From assembly GCF_009914755.1 (NCBI RefSeq), contig NC_060932.1: a stretch of DNA of 64,000 bases. One strand, written 5' to 3'. This stretch comes from the human T2T-CHM13v2.0 reference genome, Homo sapiens. Positions 1 through 14,710 of this stretch are shown piece after piece. Each line of letters opens with the position of its first letter. Position 1 is the stretch's first letter. Both the position numbers and the translations under genes were made by a program. The notes beneath the pieces were generated by a model. That model had not been told where the DNA came from, ran no database searches, and was given only the letters and a program-made list of their open reading frames with translations.

Positions 1-423
1 TAATGTTTTCATTTTTTGTTTGTTTTTGTTTTTCAGACTTTTTGTGCATTTTTACAACATAATCTTAGCTTTTCCTTTTTCTGGTTAGCACGCCTTGATT
101 TCCTTTCTAGTTCTTATTGCATCCTATTGTTTATGGTCTTCATAGGGCTGTGTGTCAAGATTTAGGAATATCGCTACATGGGAATTCATGGGCACATGGT
201 TTACTTTTGTTTATTGTGTTCATTCATTCATTTATTTTGTCCATTTGTGAATTTACTTTAGATACTTTGAATCTTGAACAGAGTGTCACAAAGACTGAAA
301 ATTGATAAGAGCTGATTTACCATAGTTATATAAACCAAATAATAATGTGAACTACTTCCTATTACATGGATCTTTTAGTTTGATCTGGTTCCTCACTTTT
401 CCAAGTCTACATTTTTCAACTTA

Positions 424-1508
<1,085 letters not shown>

Positions 1509-1948
1509 ATTGTGAGTGATGCTAGATCTCTAAATCCCTCTAATGAATTCCTGTTTTGCATGTACTAACCAGAGTTGACTTCTGTTACCCCCCAAAGTAG
1601 TAACAGTCCCATGATGTCTATTGGATCAGTTTGGCAAAAACAAAACAAACCAAAAAAAATGTCTAACAGTTCTCTGCTTGAGTGTACAACTCCTCCTACT
1701 GATTTTGGAAACCATTTTTAAGTTAGATAGTCCCCAGTGGTATTGAACACATGAGGAAAACCTGGGCCTCAGAGAAGCAGTTTTCCTCTCTCTATAGATA
1801 AGACCAATTTTGCTCAATATTGGATATCAGCTCCACCATCCAATACCAATCTCATAGTTAAGTATTTTTGACCACACTATTGCAAACTTAACCCAGAGTT
1901 TCTATTCCCTTTGCCACCATAAAGTCACCCTCTGTTGGTATGGATATG

Positions 1949-2530
1949 TGTGATGGTTAATATTAGGTGTCAACTTGATTGGACCGAGAGATGCCTAGAT
2001 GACTGGTAAAGTATTGTTTCTGGATGTGTCTGTGACAATGTTGACAGAGGAGATTGATATTTTCATCAGTGAATTGGGAGAGGAAGACCCATCCTCAATG
2101 AGGGTGGGCACCATCCAATCTGCAGCCAGCATGGCTAAAACAAAGCAGGCAGAAGAAGGGGAATAAGCACCTTGTTGAATTCTTTCTTGCTCTCCCTCTT
2201 CCCCTGCCAGAGGCTTGCTTCTCCCTTCCTGCCATTGGACATCAGACTCCAGATTCTTTGGCTGTTTGGCTCTGGGACTTGCACCAGCAGCCTCCCAGGG
2301 GGTCTTTGGCCTTTGGCCTCAGACTGAGGGCTGCACTCTTGGCTTCCTTGGTTTTGAGGCTTTTGGACTTGGACTGAGCCAAGCTGCTAGCTTCTCTTTT
2401 TCGAGCTTACAGACGGCCTATCGTGGGACTTCACCTTGTAATCTTGTGAGCCAATTCTCCCTGATAAACTCCCTTTTATATATACTTTTGACCTATTGGT
2501 CAACCCTAACTGGACAACCCTAACTAATAA
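1949..2530 (+). mobile_element. MLT2B-type solo LTR (ERVL)
   Basis: Starts TGTGATGGTTAATATTAGGTGTCAACTTGATTGG, ends ...ACCCTAACTAATA; matches recalled MLT2B termini. Confidence 0.8.
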
Positions 2531-2870
2531 GGTATACATCCTCCAGCTTCTAATCTCACAAGCTCCTACCCAGGTAAATCTAGTGATAAGGGAGGTAGCT
2601 AGATGGTCTGAGAGCATGGTGGCATAAGTGCCTGTGGATAGGGAGGAGAAGAATCACTCAGTCCTGTCTCTACTGTGCAAACCTCATTCCCTAGCCATCA
2701 CTGCTTCCTACCACTCCAACTGGAGAATTATGCTTTTCTTTCTTTAATATTTTATCATCTTAAATAATTTCTTATAAGGTTCATAAAACTTTTTTTTCAT
2801 AGATGCATGTTCAGAAAGCCTTTGGAAGCAAAACAAATACAATGTTTCATGGTTTATTCATTAAAAATGA

Positions 2871-3183
<313 letters not shown>

Positions 3184-3189
3184 TAAAAG

Positions 3190-3812
3190 TTATTTTTAAT
3201 TGACAAATAGTAATTGTATATATTAAGGGGTACAATATGACGTTCCAATACATGTGTACATGTAGAATAATTAAATTGGGGTACTTAACATGTCCATCAC
3301 TTCACATAGTTACCATGCCTTTGTGGTGAGAACATTTAAAATTTAATCTTTCAGCAATTTTGAAATATATGACACATTCTTATTAATTACACTGTGCAAT
3401 CACTCACCAGAACCTATTCTTCCAGTCTCACTGAAACTTTGTACTCTTTGACCAACATCTCCCCTTTTTCTACCCAGCCCCCCAATTTCTCCCTGTTTCC
3501 ACCAGCCTGTGGCAATCACCATTCTAGTCTTTATTTGTATGAGTTCAACTTTTTTAGATTCCACATATAAGTGAAATCATGCAGTATCTTCCTGTGCTTG
3601 GCTTATTTCATTTAGCATGATGTCCTGCAGATTCATCCATGTTGTTGCCAAGGACAGAATTTCCTTCTTTTTAAAGGATGAACAGTATCCATATATATAT
3701 ACACACACACACACCATGTATTTTTAAATCATGATGTGTTGATGAGGACTTCATTTGTTTCCATATGCTGATTGTTGTGAATAATGCTGCAGTGAACATA
3801 GGCGTGCACATT
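3190..3812 (-). mobile_element. Old L1MA 3' end fragment
   Basis: Antisense L1MA 3'UTR motifs (TTAATTGACAAATAGTAATTGTATAT; TTTTTAGATTCCACATATAAGTGA; CATCCATGTTGTTG). Confidence 0.75.
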
Positions 3813-4399
3813 CATATACTTTTTGTGTATGTGTTTCTCTGTATTAAATGAATACAAAATTGATTGCTAGTATTAAATTTGTGGCCACTTAGGTGATTTT
3901 TATCATTTTGCTAATTCACACTTTTCTGGCAGATGATCACTTCTCATTTATTCAAGCTATTTGTTTGCTGGCAGATCTACCCAGAGCAGTTTGTCTCTCA
4001 CCTTCTTATTTGTTTATTTGAATTATGCAAAGGCCTGGAAACCTCACAGCTAAATTCTGTAGTATTGACTCAATGTAATAAGTAATAGAGTTTGAGAGAG
4101 GAAGTGAGAACCACAACTGTGAATGTGTGCAATCTTGAATATTTATTTATTTACTCAAAGCCCTTTTAGGCTCACTTCCTGGTTCCTATGTCTGTACTCT
4201 TTATAAATAGACATTGTTATATAACTGAATTTAAAAATAATGAGTTAATGGATGACCTTGTGTTTGTTATTTATACCAAATCTGTTAGATGATCAAGATA
4301 GGAATTATCTTCAGGGAAGTTAGGTTGCTTGCCAAAGTTCACAAAACATGTTTTTTGGATACCTAAAACAAGTTTAATTGTTGCCCTGCCCTTCATCTC

Positions 4400-5250
4400 C
4401 ACAATGTCTGTGTGTTTTGCTGTTTGCACTTGCAACCTTCTTGTAGGGATTGTCCTGGGGCATCTCTATGGAAAATCTGAAGTGCCTGGGAGATTTTGTC
4501 CCACCTTCTCCTGCAGGTGGCTCATTGCCAATGCTTTGCTGATATGAGAGTATAAAAGCTCAGCCCCTCTTTCTCAAGAGGGACAAACTTTGATGTGTAA
4601 TTTATGTTTCAGTGTTTCTCAGGAGAATAGGCTGGATCTGAGACTTCACCCAAAATGTCATCTTTGCTTAGCTTCTTTCCTTTCCTTGCTGTATCATACC
4701 AAGCCATATTGTTGCCTGAGGCAAAAGGAAAATTGTGTATCCATTTGTATACTTGTCAAAATATTGTCCCATATTTTAAACCAAGTAAAATTTAATATAA
4801 GCTTTACAATAAAAATGACAATATATAAAGTCCTGTGTTGTTCAATCTCTTTACACCCCATTATCATCTATCATAAACCTACTTAGCAGATAGGAGGGAA
4901 ACCCTGGGCTGATTGAAAACGGTTGCTTCTGTTCCACAATAACAGAGTTATAAAACAAACAAAGAATAGGCTGTCTTTATTTTTCAAATTAACATTTTGT
5001 TCAGAATGGCTATTTTGCATTAATTTTGATTTATGTATAATGTGGCATTAAGATATAATTTATCTTGATTTCTGAGTCTTGTGGCACTTCCTTATATTTT
5101 ACACCTGAGGCCAGTACCCCGCTTGCCTCATCCTAATCCAGGTCCTGGTTCCCCAACTCCCTTTTCTCATTTCTACTGGGAACACTTTCATTAGAAGCCA
5201 TTTGGGCTCAGATCTTTGTCTCAGTGTCTGTCCTGGGAGAACTCAGTTTA
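4400..5250 (+). mobile_element. LTR16-like ERVL LTR, interrupted at about 4700-5148
   Basis: GTATAAAAGCTCAGCCCCT TATA region and 3' end CTGGGAACACTTTC...TTGTCTCAGTGTCTG resemble LTR16. Confidence 0.5.
4700..5148 (-). mobile_element. hAT-Tip100-type DNA transposon remnant (MER91/Zaphod-like terminus)
   Basis: Reverse complement of the right end reads CAGGACCTGGATTAGGATGAGGCAAGCGGGGTACTGGCCTCAGGTGTAAAATATAAGG, similar to the Zaphod/MER91 terminus. Confidence 0.4.
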
Positions 5251-5335
5251 AAATAGTGAATAAACACAATTTAGGTTAACTCGCAGATTGTGGAACTTGA
5301 CCAGTACGCTTTCTGTGACAATGAGCTTTGCCTTG

Positions 5336-5634
5336 TGTTTGGTCCATTCTCTGTTGCTGTAACAGAATACCATAGACTGAATACACAAAACAGAAACAGA
5401 TTTCTCACAGTTCTGGAGGCTGGGAAGTAGAAGATCAAGGCACCAGCAGGTTTGGTCTCTGGTTTCAAGATGGTGCTTTGTTGCCGCGTCCTCTGGAGAG
5501 ACGGGATGCTGTGTCCTCTCACGGCAGAAGGCAGAAAGGGGCAAACCCACTCCTTCAAGCCCTTATTATAGCAACATTATCTAAACATGTATTTCCAACA
5601 CATGAATTTTAAGAGATACATTCAAACCATAGCA
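5336..5634 (-). mobile_element. MST/MLT1A-type MaLR solo LTR
   Basis: TG...CA termini, ends ACATTCAAACCATAGCA; 5-bp TSD CCTTG at 5331-5335 and 5635-5639. Confidence 0.85.
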
Positions 5635-7310
5635 CCTTGTTAAATAATTCTTCTTCTGCTGTTTAAGATTAGCTTAAATTTATACATCTGGTTAAATCTT
5701 ACAATAAATGAATCCTTCTTTCTGTTCAATTTACATTAATTGTATTTTGCTTTAAATAGAACTCAGTGCTTATATTTTTGTCCCCATGAACAGTATCCGT
5801 TGTATACTGTTGAATATATTATTGTTTTACATTCTATTGTTTATATTTCTAAAGCAATCATCTCACTGTAAACAAACATTTGCTGTTCTAAAATTTTAGC
5901 GACTTTAGGCAGTAATAGAAACAAACAAACATTTGCTGTTAGTCAGATTAGGAAATTTTGTTTCAATGTAAAAATCAAGGTATATTTAAAAAACAAATTG
6001 ATTTTCACAAACCAGATGAAAATAAAACCAAGCATAACAATTCATGTGACAATGTAATTTAAATTTGTGTCATTAAATCAGAACAAACAAACATGCAAAC
6101 TTTGGAAGAATCTGTGTTTATTCAGATAATGAGTTTGATGAAAAATAAGTAAGCATAGTTAAGTTATTTAAATTTTGTTGTCATATGACACCAAATAATC
6201 AGTGTAAGTGAATTTTAAATATGTCATGTGGCAAAAATATCATATTAAATTACATATTTTAAGAGAATTTAATAGAATTCAAAGCCATACAAAAGTGGGG
6301 TGACTGAGGTTTTTAACGGTACAGAAAGAAGCAAAGGGACACAGTTTGCTTAAGGTGGCAAAGTACAGAGTGGTTCACCAAGCCAACAGGAGGGGTTTCA
6401 GCATTTGAACATGGTAGCATGGGGCTTGCCATATGTTTAACCAGTCCAGCCAAGAAAATTTTAGTGAAATTCATCTGAATCTTCTAAGGCTTTATCTCTT
6501 GTTTTTATATCATTAACTAAGATTTTTCAATAATTTCTGAGTCTTGAAATGTTATCTTACTGACTCCCTTTCATGGGTTCTTTTGTCTGTTTATTTATAT
6601 ATCTAATCCTGAGCTAATGCTGATAAATAATTTAATTAATTTATTCACTTAAGAAAGGTTTATTTAATAGCATCTCTTTGTTAGATACTGTATTATTATC
6701 TGAGAGACAACAAAAAACAAAGTGAGGTAAAATTTTTATTTTCAGAAAATTTACAATCCTGTGAAAGAAAAATTTAAGAAAGAAACTCAGAAGATTACAA
6801 CTGAGACCTACAATAGCTATGATAGGAGACTATAGGGTTAAATGACAGCATGATTGTAAGCATTTTTGCAGAGTAAATAAAAATGTACTTTATCTGAAAC
6901 TTAAAATATGAGTAAAATGTATCTATGCCAAGTTGGGTTGATGAATGGGGAAGGGGCAAAAATTAATATGTTGATAAAATGGAAAGTTCTACATAGCAAT
7001 GCAAATGAGGGAAAATAAAAATCTCCTGACATTTTATTTTTTGACAAATTGGTGACGCTCATAGCATTGTGTGTATGTGTGTGTGTGTGTGTGCACCAAC
7101 TACCAACTACCAACAAAATTTTTAGATTTTATCTTCCAATTATTTTTAGATTGTTGTAATAACTTCCTAATTAGTCTTCTTAAATTTTGAATGCACAGTG
7201 GATATTGGCAAATATGGATTTGAGATGAAGGTCCACAAAGTTGGATGGAAAGAAAAGTTAAGGGTAGAAAAGACAATGTAGAGATTGTAAGATGCAATCA
7301 TGTTAAATAA

Positions 7311-7401
7311 CAGGTGGAGGTTGCAGTGAGCTGAGATCTTGCTACTGCACTCCAGCCTGGGCGACGGAGCGAGAGTCCGCCTCTAAAAAAAAAAAAAAAA
7401 A
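7311..7401 (+). mobile_element. Alu 3' fragment with poly(A)
   Basis: GGAGGTTGCAGTGAGCTGAGATC...CACTCCAGCCTGGGCGAC followed by an A-run. Confidence 0.85.
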
Positions 7402-7726
7402 GACATGAGTAAACAGAAGAGGAGAATGATATTGTTGCAGATTTTAAAATGACCACAAGCACAAGGCATGGAGAAAAAAAAGTTTGAATAAATATGTTAT
7501 TAGAAATATTAAGTATAAATATCAGAAGAAACAATTACAAAGGTTTCAAGTTGTCTCTTGGAAGAGAAAAATTGGAGTGAAGAGGGGTTAGCCAAAAATT
7601 GCTATTAGTCATTTAAATCTTTGACGTATTAAAATATATATGTGTACTATTGACAAAAGTATTTTTAAAAATAATTTACATTATACTGATAAAAATTATG
7701 TAAGAAACTTAAATAATAATCTCTAG

Positions 7727-8147
7727 TGTATGGTTCACCATGGACTGGCAGAACAAATACCAAGAGACTTGATGGCTTAAATAACAGAAATTTATTTTCA
7801 TATAGTTCTGGACGTTGGGAAGTCCATAATCAACATGCTGGTTGATTCAATTTCTGGGGAAGGCACCTTCCTGGCTTATAGAGGCCATGGCCACTTTCTC
7901 ACTATGACCTCACCTGGTCATACCTCAGTGCACACATACACACACCCACACACACACACGAAGAGAAAGATTTTTTTCTTTCTCTCTTTACAAATCCACT
8001 GGTCCTATTGGATTAGGACTCTGCCCTTGTGACCTCATTCAAGCTTATTTTCCTACTAAAATTTTTACCTCCAAACACAATCATGTAGGGTTTATGGCTT
8101 CGACATATAAATTTGCAGGAATAGGGCCCTCGATTCAGTTCATAACC
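7727..8147 (-). mobile_element. MLT1B/C-type MaLR LTR
   Basis: GGCTTAAATAACAGAAATTTATTTTCATATAGTTCTGGA and GGATTAGGAC motifs of antisense MLT1. Confidence 0.7.
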
Positions 8148-8574
8148 CCCTTTCTAACCTAAGTAGTATATATATTTTAAACAAAATTCCAAAGATGTTT
8201 TTGTTTTTCTTTTTTTTTTTTTTTTTACAAAGGTGGTAAAATAAGAATGCATTTTTAAAAAACAACTGTGTGTCTTAGAGTAACAGTTGTATTTTAAAGA
8301 TGAAAACTATTAATGTAGTAATTTCAATTGTATGTTTTTTAGTTAAGTTTCCTTCTCTAATAAAAGAGATAAACCTGAAATAACCAAATACAGATAAACT
8401 GTATTCATCTATCAAGAATTACTTTTAAATATTGTGCTTATTTTTAAAAATGATGGGGGAAAATAACGTTTTGTTATGATCATTGTACATCTATGTCAGG
8501 AGAAAAAATTAGAAACAAAGAAATTTAATTACATTTATTTAAACTGAATTAACAGAACTGAAATTCAAGTGCTG

Positions 8575-8643
8575 ATATTTATATCCCTTTAATATTTAAT
8601 TAAATATTTATATTTAAATTAAATATAAAAGGGATAAAAATAT
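8575..8643. repeat. Imperfect AT-rich palindrome (about 33-bp arms, 2-nt loop)
   Basis: Arm 8575-8607 ATATTTATATCCCTTTAATATTTAATTAAATAT vs arm 8610-8643 ATATTTAAATTAAATATAAAAGGGATAAAAATAT; reverse-complement match with 2 mismatches and 1 indel. Confidence 0.8.
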
Positions 8644-9128
8644 TATAGGCCAAGTAGAATATGATTTTATGTGATATGGGAATATTTATCTGATTCTCAG
8701 ATAGAAACAGCATTTTAAACTAAAAAAAGGGCCATGGGAAACATAAATAGATTGATAGACTCAATTACATTAAGACAAGAAAAAAATCCTCATGTTAAAA
8801 ATCTCAGAAGCAAAATTGCAAATTACCAGAAACATCTTTGCAACAAATTTTACAGGAAAATCATTTGACTACATAGAGAATATAAACAGACTTTTCATGA
8901 ATAAATACTACAACTAGCTATTCACCATCACATATGTTCAAAATTAAAAGGAGTTTCTTCCCTTCTACCCCTAACAGACTGGCAAAAGCTTGTTAATGAT
9001 AAAAGCTTGTTAGTAATGGTGTAGAGGAAAAGCTGGGATTCTTGTGTACCTACCATTAGTGACATACTAATATCTGCACATTTTGTGGTAGAAAATTTTG
9101 TAGAATTTAGCAAAAAATAAAAATTTGC

Positions 9129-9441
<313 letters not shown>

Positions 9442-9759
9442 TTGCCTAAAATGTATCCAGTAATTATCTTTCTGATATCTGTCTTTGAGAGATTACTCTC
9501 ATAAACATATCATATCCAGAACAAATATATCCACATCAACCTTGAAATCTGAAAAATTGCAAACCACCAAATACTCATTATTACTGAAGGATTAAATAAA
9601 ATTTGGCAACTTTTTACAACAGCATATTATGTAGTAATAATAAAAAGTAAAAATTTTAATAATAATAAAAATTAAAAAATAGTAGAGGACTATGAATAGG
9701 AAGAGATTATCAAGGCAAATTATTAGGTAAAATAAGCAAATATGTGATATAATCTCTAT

Positions 9760-10061
9760 TTTTTGTTTTTCTTTTTTTTGCGACAGGGTCTTACTCTGTC
9801 ACCCAGGCTGGAGAGCAGTGGTGCCATCACAACTCACTGCAGCCTCAATCTCCTGGGTTCAGGTGATCCTGCCACCTAAGCCTCCCAATTAGCTGGGACA
9901 ACAGGTGCAAGCCACCATGGCCAGCTAACTTTTTGTAATTTTAGTAGAGATGCAGTTTTGCCATGTTGCCCAGGCTGGTCTCCAACTCTTGGGCTCAAGT
10001 GATTCCCCCCACCTTGGCCTCCCAAAGTGCTGGGATTACAGGTGTGAGCCATCATGCATAG
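9760..10061 (-). mobile_element. AluJ
   Basis: Antisense Alu with J features (CAGGGTCTTACTCTGTCACC, CACTGCAGCCTC, GGGCTCAAGTGAT). Confidence 0.85.
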
Positions 10062-10174
10062 TAAAATGGTGGAGATGTACTTCAAACAATTGTAAGTGTT
10101 TGCCTCAATAGTAAATTTTCACTTTTTACATAATTTAATTTTCCATTATATGAAAAATTTGCAAGAGCATTTAT

Positions 10175-10538
10175 TTCTATTGTCTGAATGTTTGTGACCC
10201 TGAAAATTCATATATTGAAAGCCAATCACGAATGTGATGGTATTAGGAGATGGGGGCTTTGGGAGATAATAAGGCAAGGGTAGCAGGGCCCTCATGAATG
10301 GGATTAGTGTCCTTATAAAAGAAGCCCCAGAAAGTTGCCCTGCCCTTTCCACCATGCGAGGACACAGCAAGAAGGTGCTATCTGTGAACCAAACAACAAG
10401 CCTCACCAGACATCAAATCTGCAGGTGCCTTGATCTTGGACTTCATAGCCTTCAGAATTGTGAAAAGTAAATTTCTATTGTTTACAGTCTACCAAGTTGA
10501 TAAGATTTTGTTATAGCAGTCTAAATGGACTAGAGAAA
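10175..10538 (+). mobile_element. MLT1A-type MaLR LTR
   Basis: CTGAATGTTTGTG...GGGCCCTCATGAATGGGATTAGTG...TGATCTTGGACTTC...TTTTGTTATAGCAG. Confidence 0.8.
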
Positions 10539-12645
10539 CATATGCATATGCCCTGATGCTACAAATGTAAAGCTCTTAGATTAATACCCTTAGAAGAACT
10601 TTTATAAAAAATGATTCACTCTTCAACATGGTCTACACCTTTAAGAATAACCTACACAATTCAATTGTGACAAAGATTCTATGAATAGGCAATAAAAAAT
10701 ATTTATTAAACAAAATTCATGAATAAATATTCATTTGAATGAATTTTCTATATTTAATAATTACTATTCATTATTGATTATTGCCACACATTTTACATTA
10801 AAATAAATTGTATCTTCTGCCCTTGGAGTTCTCCCTGAACTCATTTAATAAAAGTGATAGAAAAGTCATTAGACATGAATTTTTAGCGAATAATACCCTT
10901 AGCTATTATTATGATAAGTTGTTAATTGTCTATGTTGTTAAATAGAGACCAACTACTTACACTGGAATGTGAACAGAAAGTCTGAAATAACACACACGTA
11001 TTTCTCTTTATGTTTTAAGTTTTTATTTATGGCACATGTGTCTTTCATTTGAGACAAGGTCTTGGTTTATCATTTATCTTTTTATAACAAATCAGCATTA
11101 TGATATCAACCAATGGTGGTGATGTGCATTGATCTATATGTCAGTAGATATTGTCATTCAGATTGTGATACAAATAATAACATAAAATATAATTTTCCTA
11201 TAGTTCGACAGGATAATCAAAGATCTTTCACAATGTTTGCCAAAAAGTCAAAAGCATTTAGAATCCAGTTTTATTTTTACTGTTAATAAGTAATTATTTT
11301 GTTATTTCTCAAAAACTGATTATTTGTTTAAATTCATATATTTCCACAACTTTAAAATGTAAGCTCACATATTTTAATTCAGTCATTAGTTGGTGTTGAT
11401 ACCAATGCCAATAAATATTTTATGATTTATCAAAATTCACCTGTTCACTTACTTTGTAAGTCATGCCTAGAACACAGACCTTCTGACTTTATTTTATTTC
11501 TATTAAATTATATGTATTTTTTCATATGTTTAAATAAAAATATGACATAATACATGAAAGAGTTTGAACATTAAACTAATAAAACAATCATAATTTATAC
11601 ATTTTTACCTTGCCTCATGAAATAGACTTTGTGTGTATATATATCCATAAACTAACCTTTGGATATTGGGTTGTTAATGACACATTCATTTACTTGGCCT
11701 TAGAACTGATGACACTAGCAGCCAAATGGGTAGAAGGCCAAAAATAGCTACTCTGGTTTGAAAAAAACAAAATAAAATAAATACATAGAGAACTATGCAA
11801 TTATTTTTTCATGTCATTTTGGTTAAACAAACAAGCAATTCTTATGCTCATTTCATTAAAGAAACATATATAATTTATTGGACTAATTAATCTACAGTTT
11901 CATTCTTTCCTTTCTCTCTATGCATATATTCTCTATAGTCTCCTAGACATTTGTGGATTTAGTTGTCACTTTCGTGGATTGCTCCTCCACTTGCATCTCT
12001 CTTTCTACCTTCTCTCCACCTATCTAAATTCTTTTCTATTTTTGTGACTACTTCATTGTTGCCAGAATTCATAAAATTAGCATACCTGAATTAATTCACC
12101 AATTTTCTCTTCCAAATACACTTGTTTTCTTCATTTGCCATTTTTGTTTATGGCATTACCACCTTTCCAATAGTTTAGACTTGATAACCAGTTTGTCACT
12201 AGATTTCTACTTCTTACCATTCAATTCGATCAATACGCAGTGAGAGCTTTTATGTTCCAAGCACTGCAAGATGTCTTGACTTACAATCCAGTGGGGGAAG
12301 AAAGACAACCAGAGCGGCAGTTCTGTAAAATAATACTATAGAAATATCCAATGTTATCTGAAACGATAGTAAATATATGATAGCATGTTCCAGGAATGCG
12401 AGTTCCTGGGATAAAGGGGAGGAAAAGTAATGGAAAGAAAAGAGAGGAGGCAAGAAGAGATTGAGGAGAAGCCAGGGAAAACATTCTGGAGAAGGTAGTA
12501 CCAAGAACCACTCGTTGCTTCTCTATAAGATTCCTTACATTCCACCATTTACATAAGACAATTCTACCTGAGCATTTCACTACTGTGGAATACAATGCTC
12601 CAATAGTATCTACCCGATTTTTTTCTCTCAATTCTGTTTTATTCC

Positions 12646-13218
12646 TGTTAGAGGACAACAGGTTTGTATGCTAGCTGCAAAGACAATACATTGAGGCAGC
12701 AGGATTTGCAGCAAAGAAAGAGTTTAATGATCACTGGGCTCTGAGTGATGAGACAGGAGAACACGCTCAAATTCATCTCCCTGAGGTGTTCTGGGCTGGG
12801 GCCTTTAAGAGGATGACGGAGGCCGAGAGGCTGGAAAATTGGGGTCATTGATTGGTCAGGGCAAGGTGGGTGAAATTATCAGGATGCAGAAATTGCATCC
12901 TTTGGTGAGTCAACTTCTCACGGGGTCCTTCAGACCAGCTGATGTCAGTAGTTTCGCTGTTACGCAGGACGTGAAAAAATGTCTCAAAGGGAAAACCTAA
13001 CATTTCATAATGTTTACATAGTTATCTATGGAACAATTTAGGGGAATTGTAATCTTGCAACTGAGTCTATGTGATTCTCAGGCAATAGGCCAACAATCTT
13101 GGTCAGAGAACATCTAAACTAATGATTAATGCTGACTGTGTTGCAAGCTTGCTTTATTTTCATTTATCCCACTCCCTTTTTCCCTGATTAATTTTATACA
13201 TTTATAGGAACTGTTTCA
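12646..13218 (-). mobile_element. ERV1 solo LTR of the LTR8/MER4 group (exact family unresolved)
   Basis: TGTTA...GTTTCA termini, flanks TTCC/TTCT (4-bp TSD, 1 mismatch), ATTAAA poly(A), TATA-like and CCAAT motifs on the minus strand. Confidence 0.65.
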
Positions 13219-13395
13219 TTCTCATCTACCTTTTCACAACAGTGTCAGTTGCTAGTCGTCCTGACATTCTACATTTCTGCTCTTGACATGTCTCTCCTAG
13301 AAAACTTGAAATGTTCCTATTTACTTAGTAGTCTGCTCCTCAATCAGCAGTCTGAACTCAGCCTTATTTGCCACAAGTCTAATTCACAGGCTTGA

Positions 13396-13560
13396 AGGTT
13401 GTGCTGCTCAATATGTCACCAGACATGATTATTCGAACTTCAATTTAAAGTAGCTAATATTAAATCTAATTATAAATTTAGTTTTTTTAGTCACATTAAT
13501 TACATTTCAAGTGCTCAACAAACAAATGTTGCTAGTTGCTACCATATTGGATAGCACATA
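13396..13560. mobile_element. MER3/MER33-type hAT-Charlie MITE
   Basis: TGTGCTGCTCAATAT...ACATTTCAAGTGCTCAA...CTACCATATTGGATAGCACA. Confidence 0.7.
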
Positions 13561-13599
13561 TCTTCACTGAAAGATGAAAATGAAGCACTACTCTAACGT

Positions 13600-14319
13600 C
13601 TCGTCATGCCAGTTAGAATGGCGATCATTTCCAAGTCTGGAAAAAAAAAGATGCTGGCAGGAATGCAGAGAAATAGGTATGCTTTTACGCTGTTGGTGGG
13701 AGTTTAAATTAGTTCAACCATTGTGGAAGACAGTGTGGTCATACCTCAAGGATCTAGAACCAGTAACACCATTTGACCTAGCAATCCCATTATTGTGTAC
13801 ATACCCAAAGGATTATAAATCGTTCTACTGTAAAGACACATGCACACATATGTTTATTGCAGCACTATTTATAATAGCAAAGACTTGGAACCAACCCAAA
13901 TGTTCATCAGTGATAGACTGGATAAAGAAAATGTGGCACATATACACCATGGGATACTATGCAGCCATAAAAAAGAATGAGTTCATGTCCTTTGCAGGGA
14001 TGGGTGAAGCTGAAAACCATTATCCTCAGCAAACTAACACAGGAACAGAAAACCAATCACTGCATGTTCTCACTTATAAGTGGGGTTTGAACAATGAGAA
14101 CACATGGACACAGGAAGGGGAATATCACACATTGGGGCCTGTTGGGGGATCGGGGGACAGGGGAGGGAGAGCATTAGAACAAATACCTAATGCATGCAGG
14201 GCTTAAAATTTAGATGACAGGTTGATGGGTGCAGTAAGCCACCATGGCACATGTATACCTATGAAACAAATCTGCACATTCGGCACATGTATCCCAGAAC
14301 TTAAAGTTAAAAAAAAAAA
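13600..14319 (+). mobile_element. L1PA7/8-type 3' end, 5'-truncated
   Basis: ORF 13574..14206 is degenerate ORF2p C-terminus; 3'UTR ends ATCCCAGAACTTAAAGT plus A tail. Confidence 0.85.
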
Positions 14320-14389
14320 TTGAAAGTAACTTTTCTTTCCTCTACACATCCCTCACTTCCTTACCTGTATGTGTTTTGTCCCTCTTACA

Positions 14390-14710
14390 TTTCTTCCTAG
14401 AATGGCTTTTCTTCCATTTCTCCCTGTTCAAATGATATTCATTCTTCAAGATCCTATTCACCAGCTTTCTCTCTTCCATGAAATTTCCCTGATCTCTATA
14501 TTTAAAAGTAATGTTTTAGTTACTGAATTTTTTCAATTTATCTATGTCCCTTTGACATATATCACTTTCTATCTTGCATTATAGACTTTTGTGTACATAT
14601 CTTATTTCTACACTAGACTATAAGCTCTCTGGCCACCAAATTTTTATCTTTGCATTTTCTATGTCTGCTACATCCTTCACAGTGTATTAAATATTTATTG
14701 AATAATTAAT
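14390..14710 (+). mobile_element. L2 3' end remnant
   Basis: CTACACTAGACTATAAGCTC and AAATATTTATTGAATAA L2 tail motifs. Confidence 0.55.

Noticed and set aside
11100-11180. C/D snoRNA-like GTGATG motif
   Set aside because: No properly placed CTGA box D or terminal stem.
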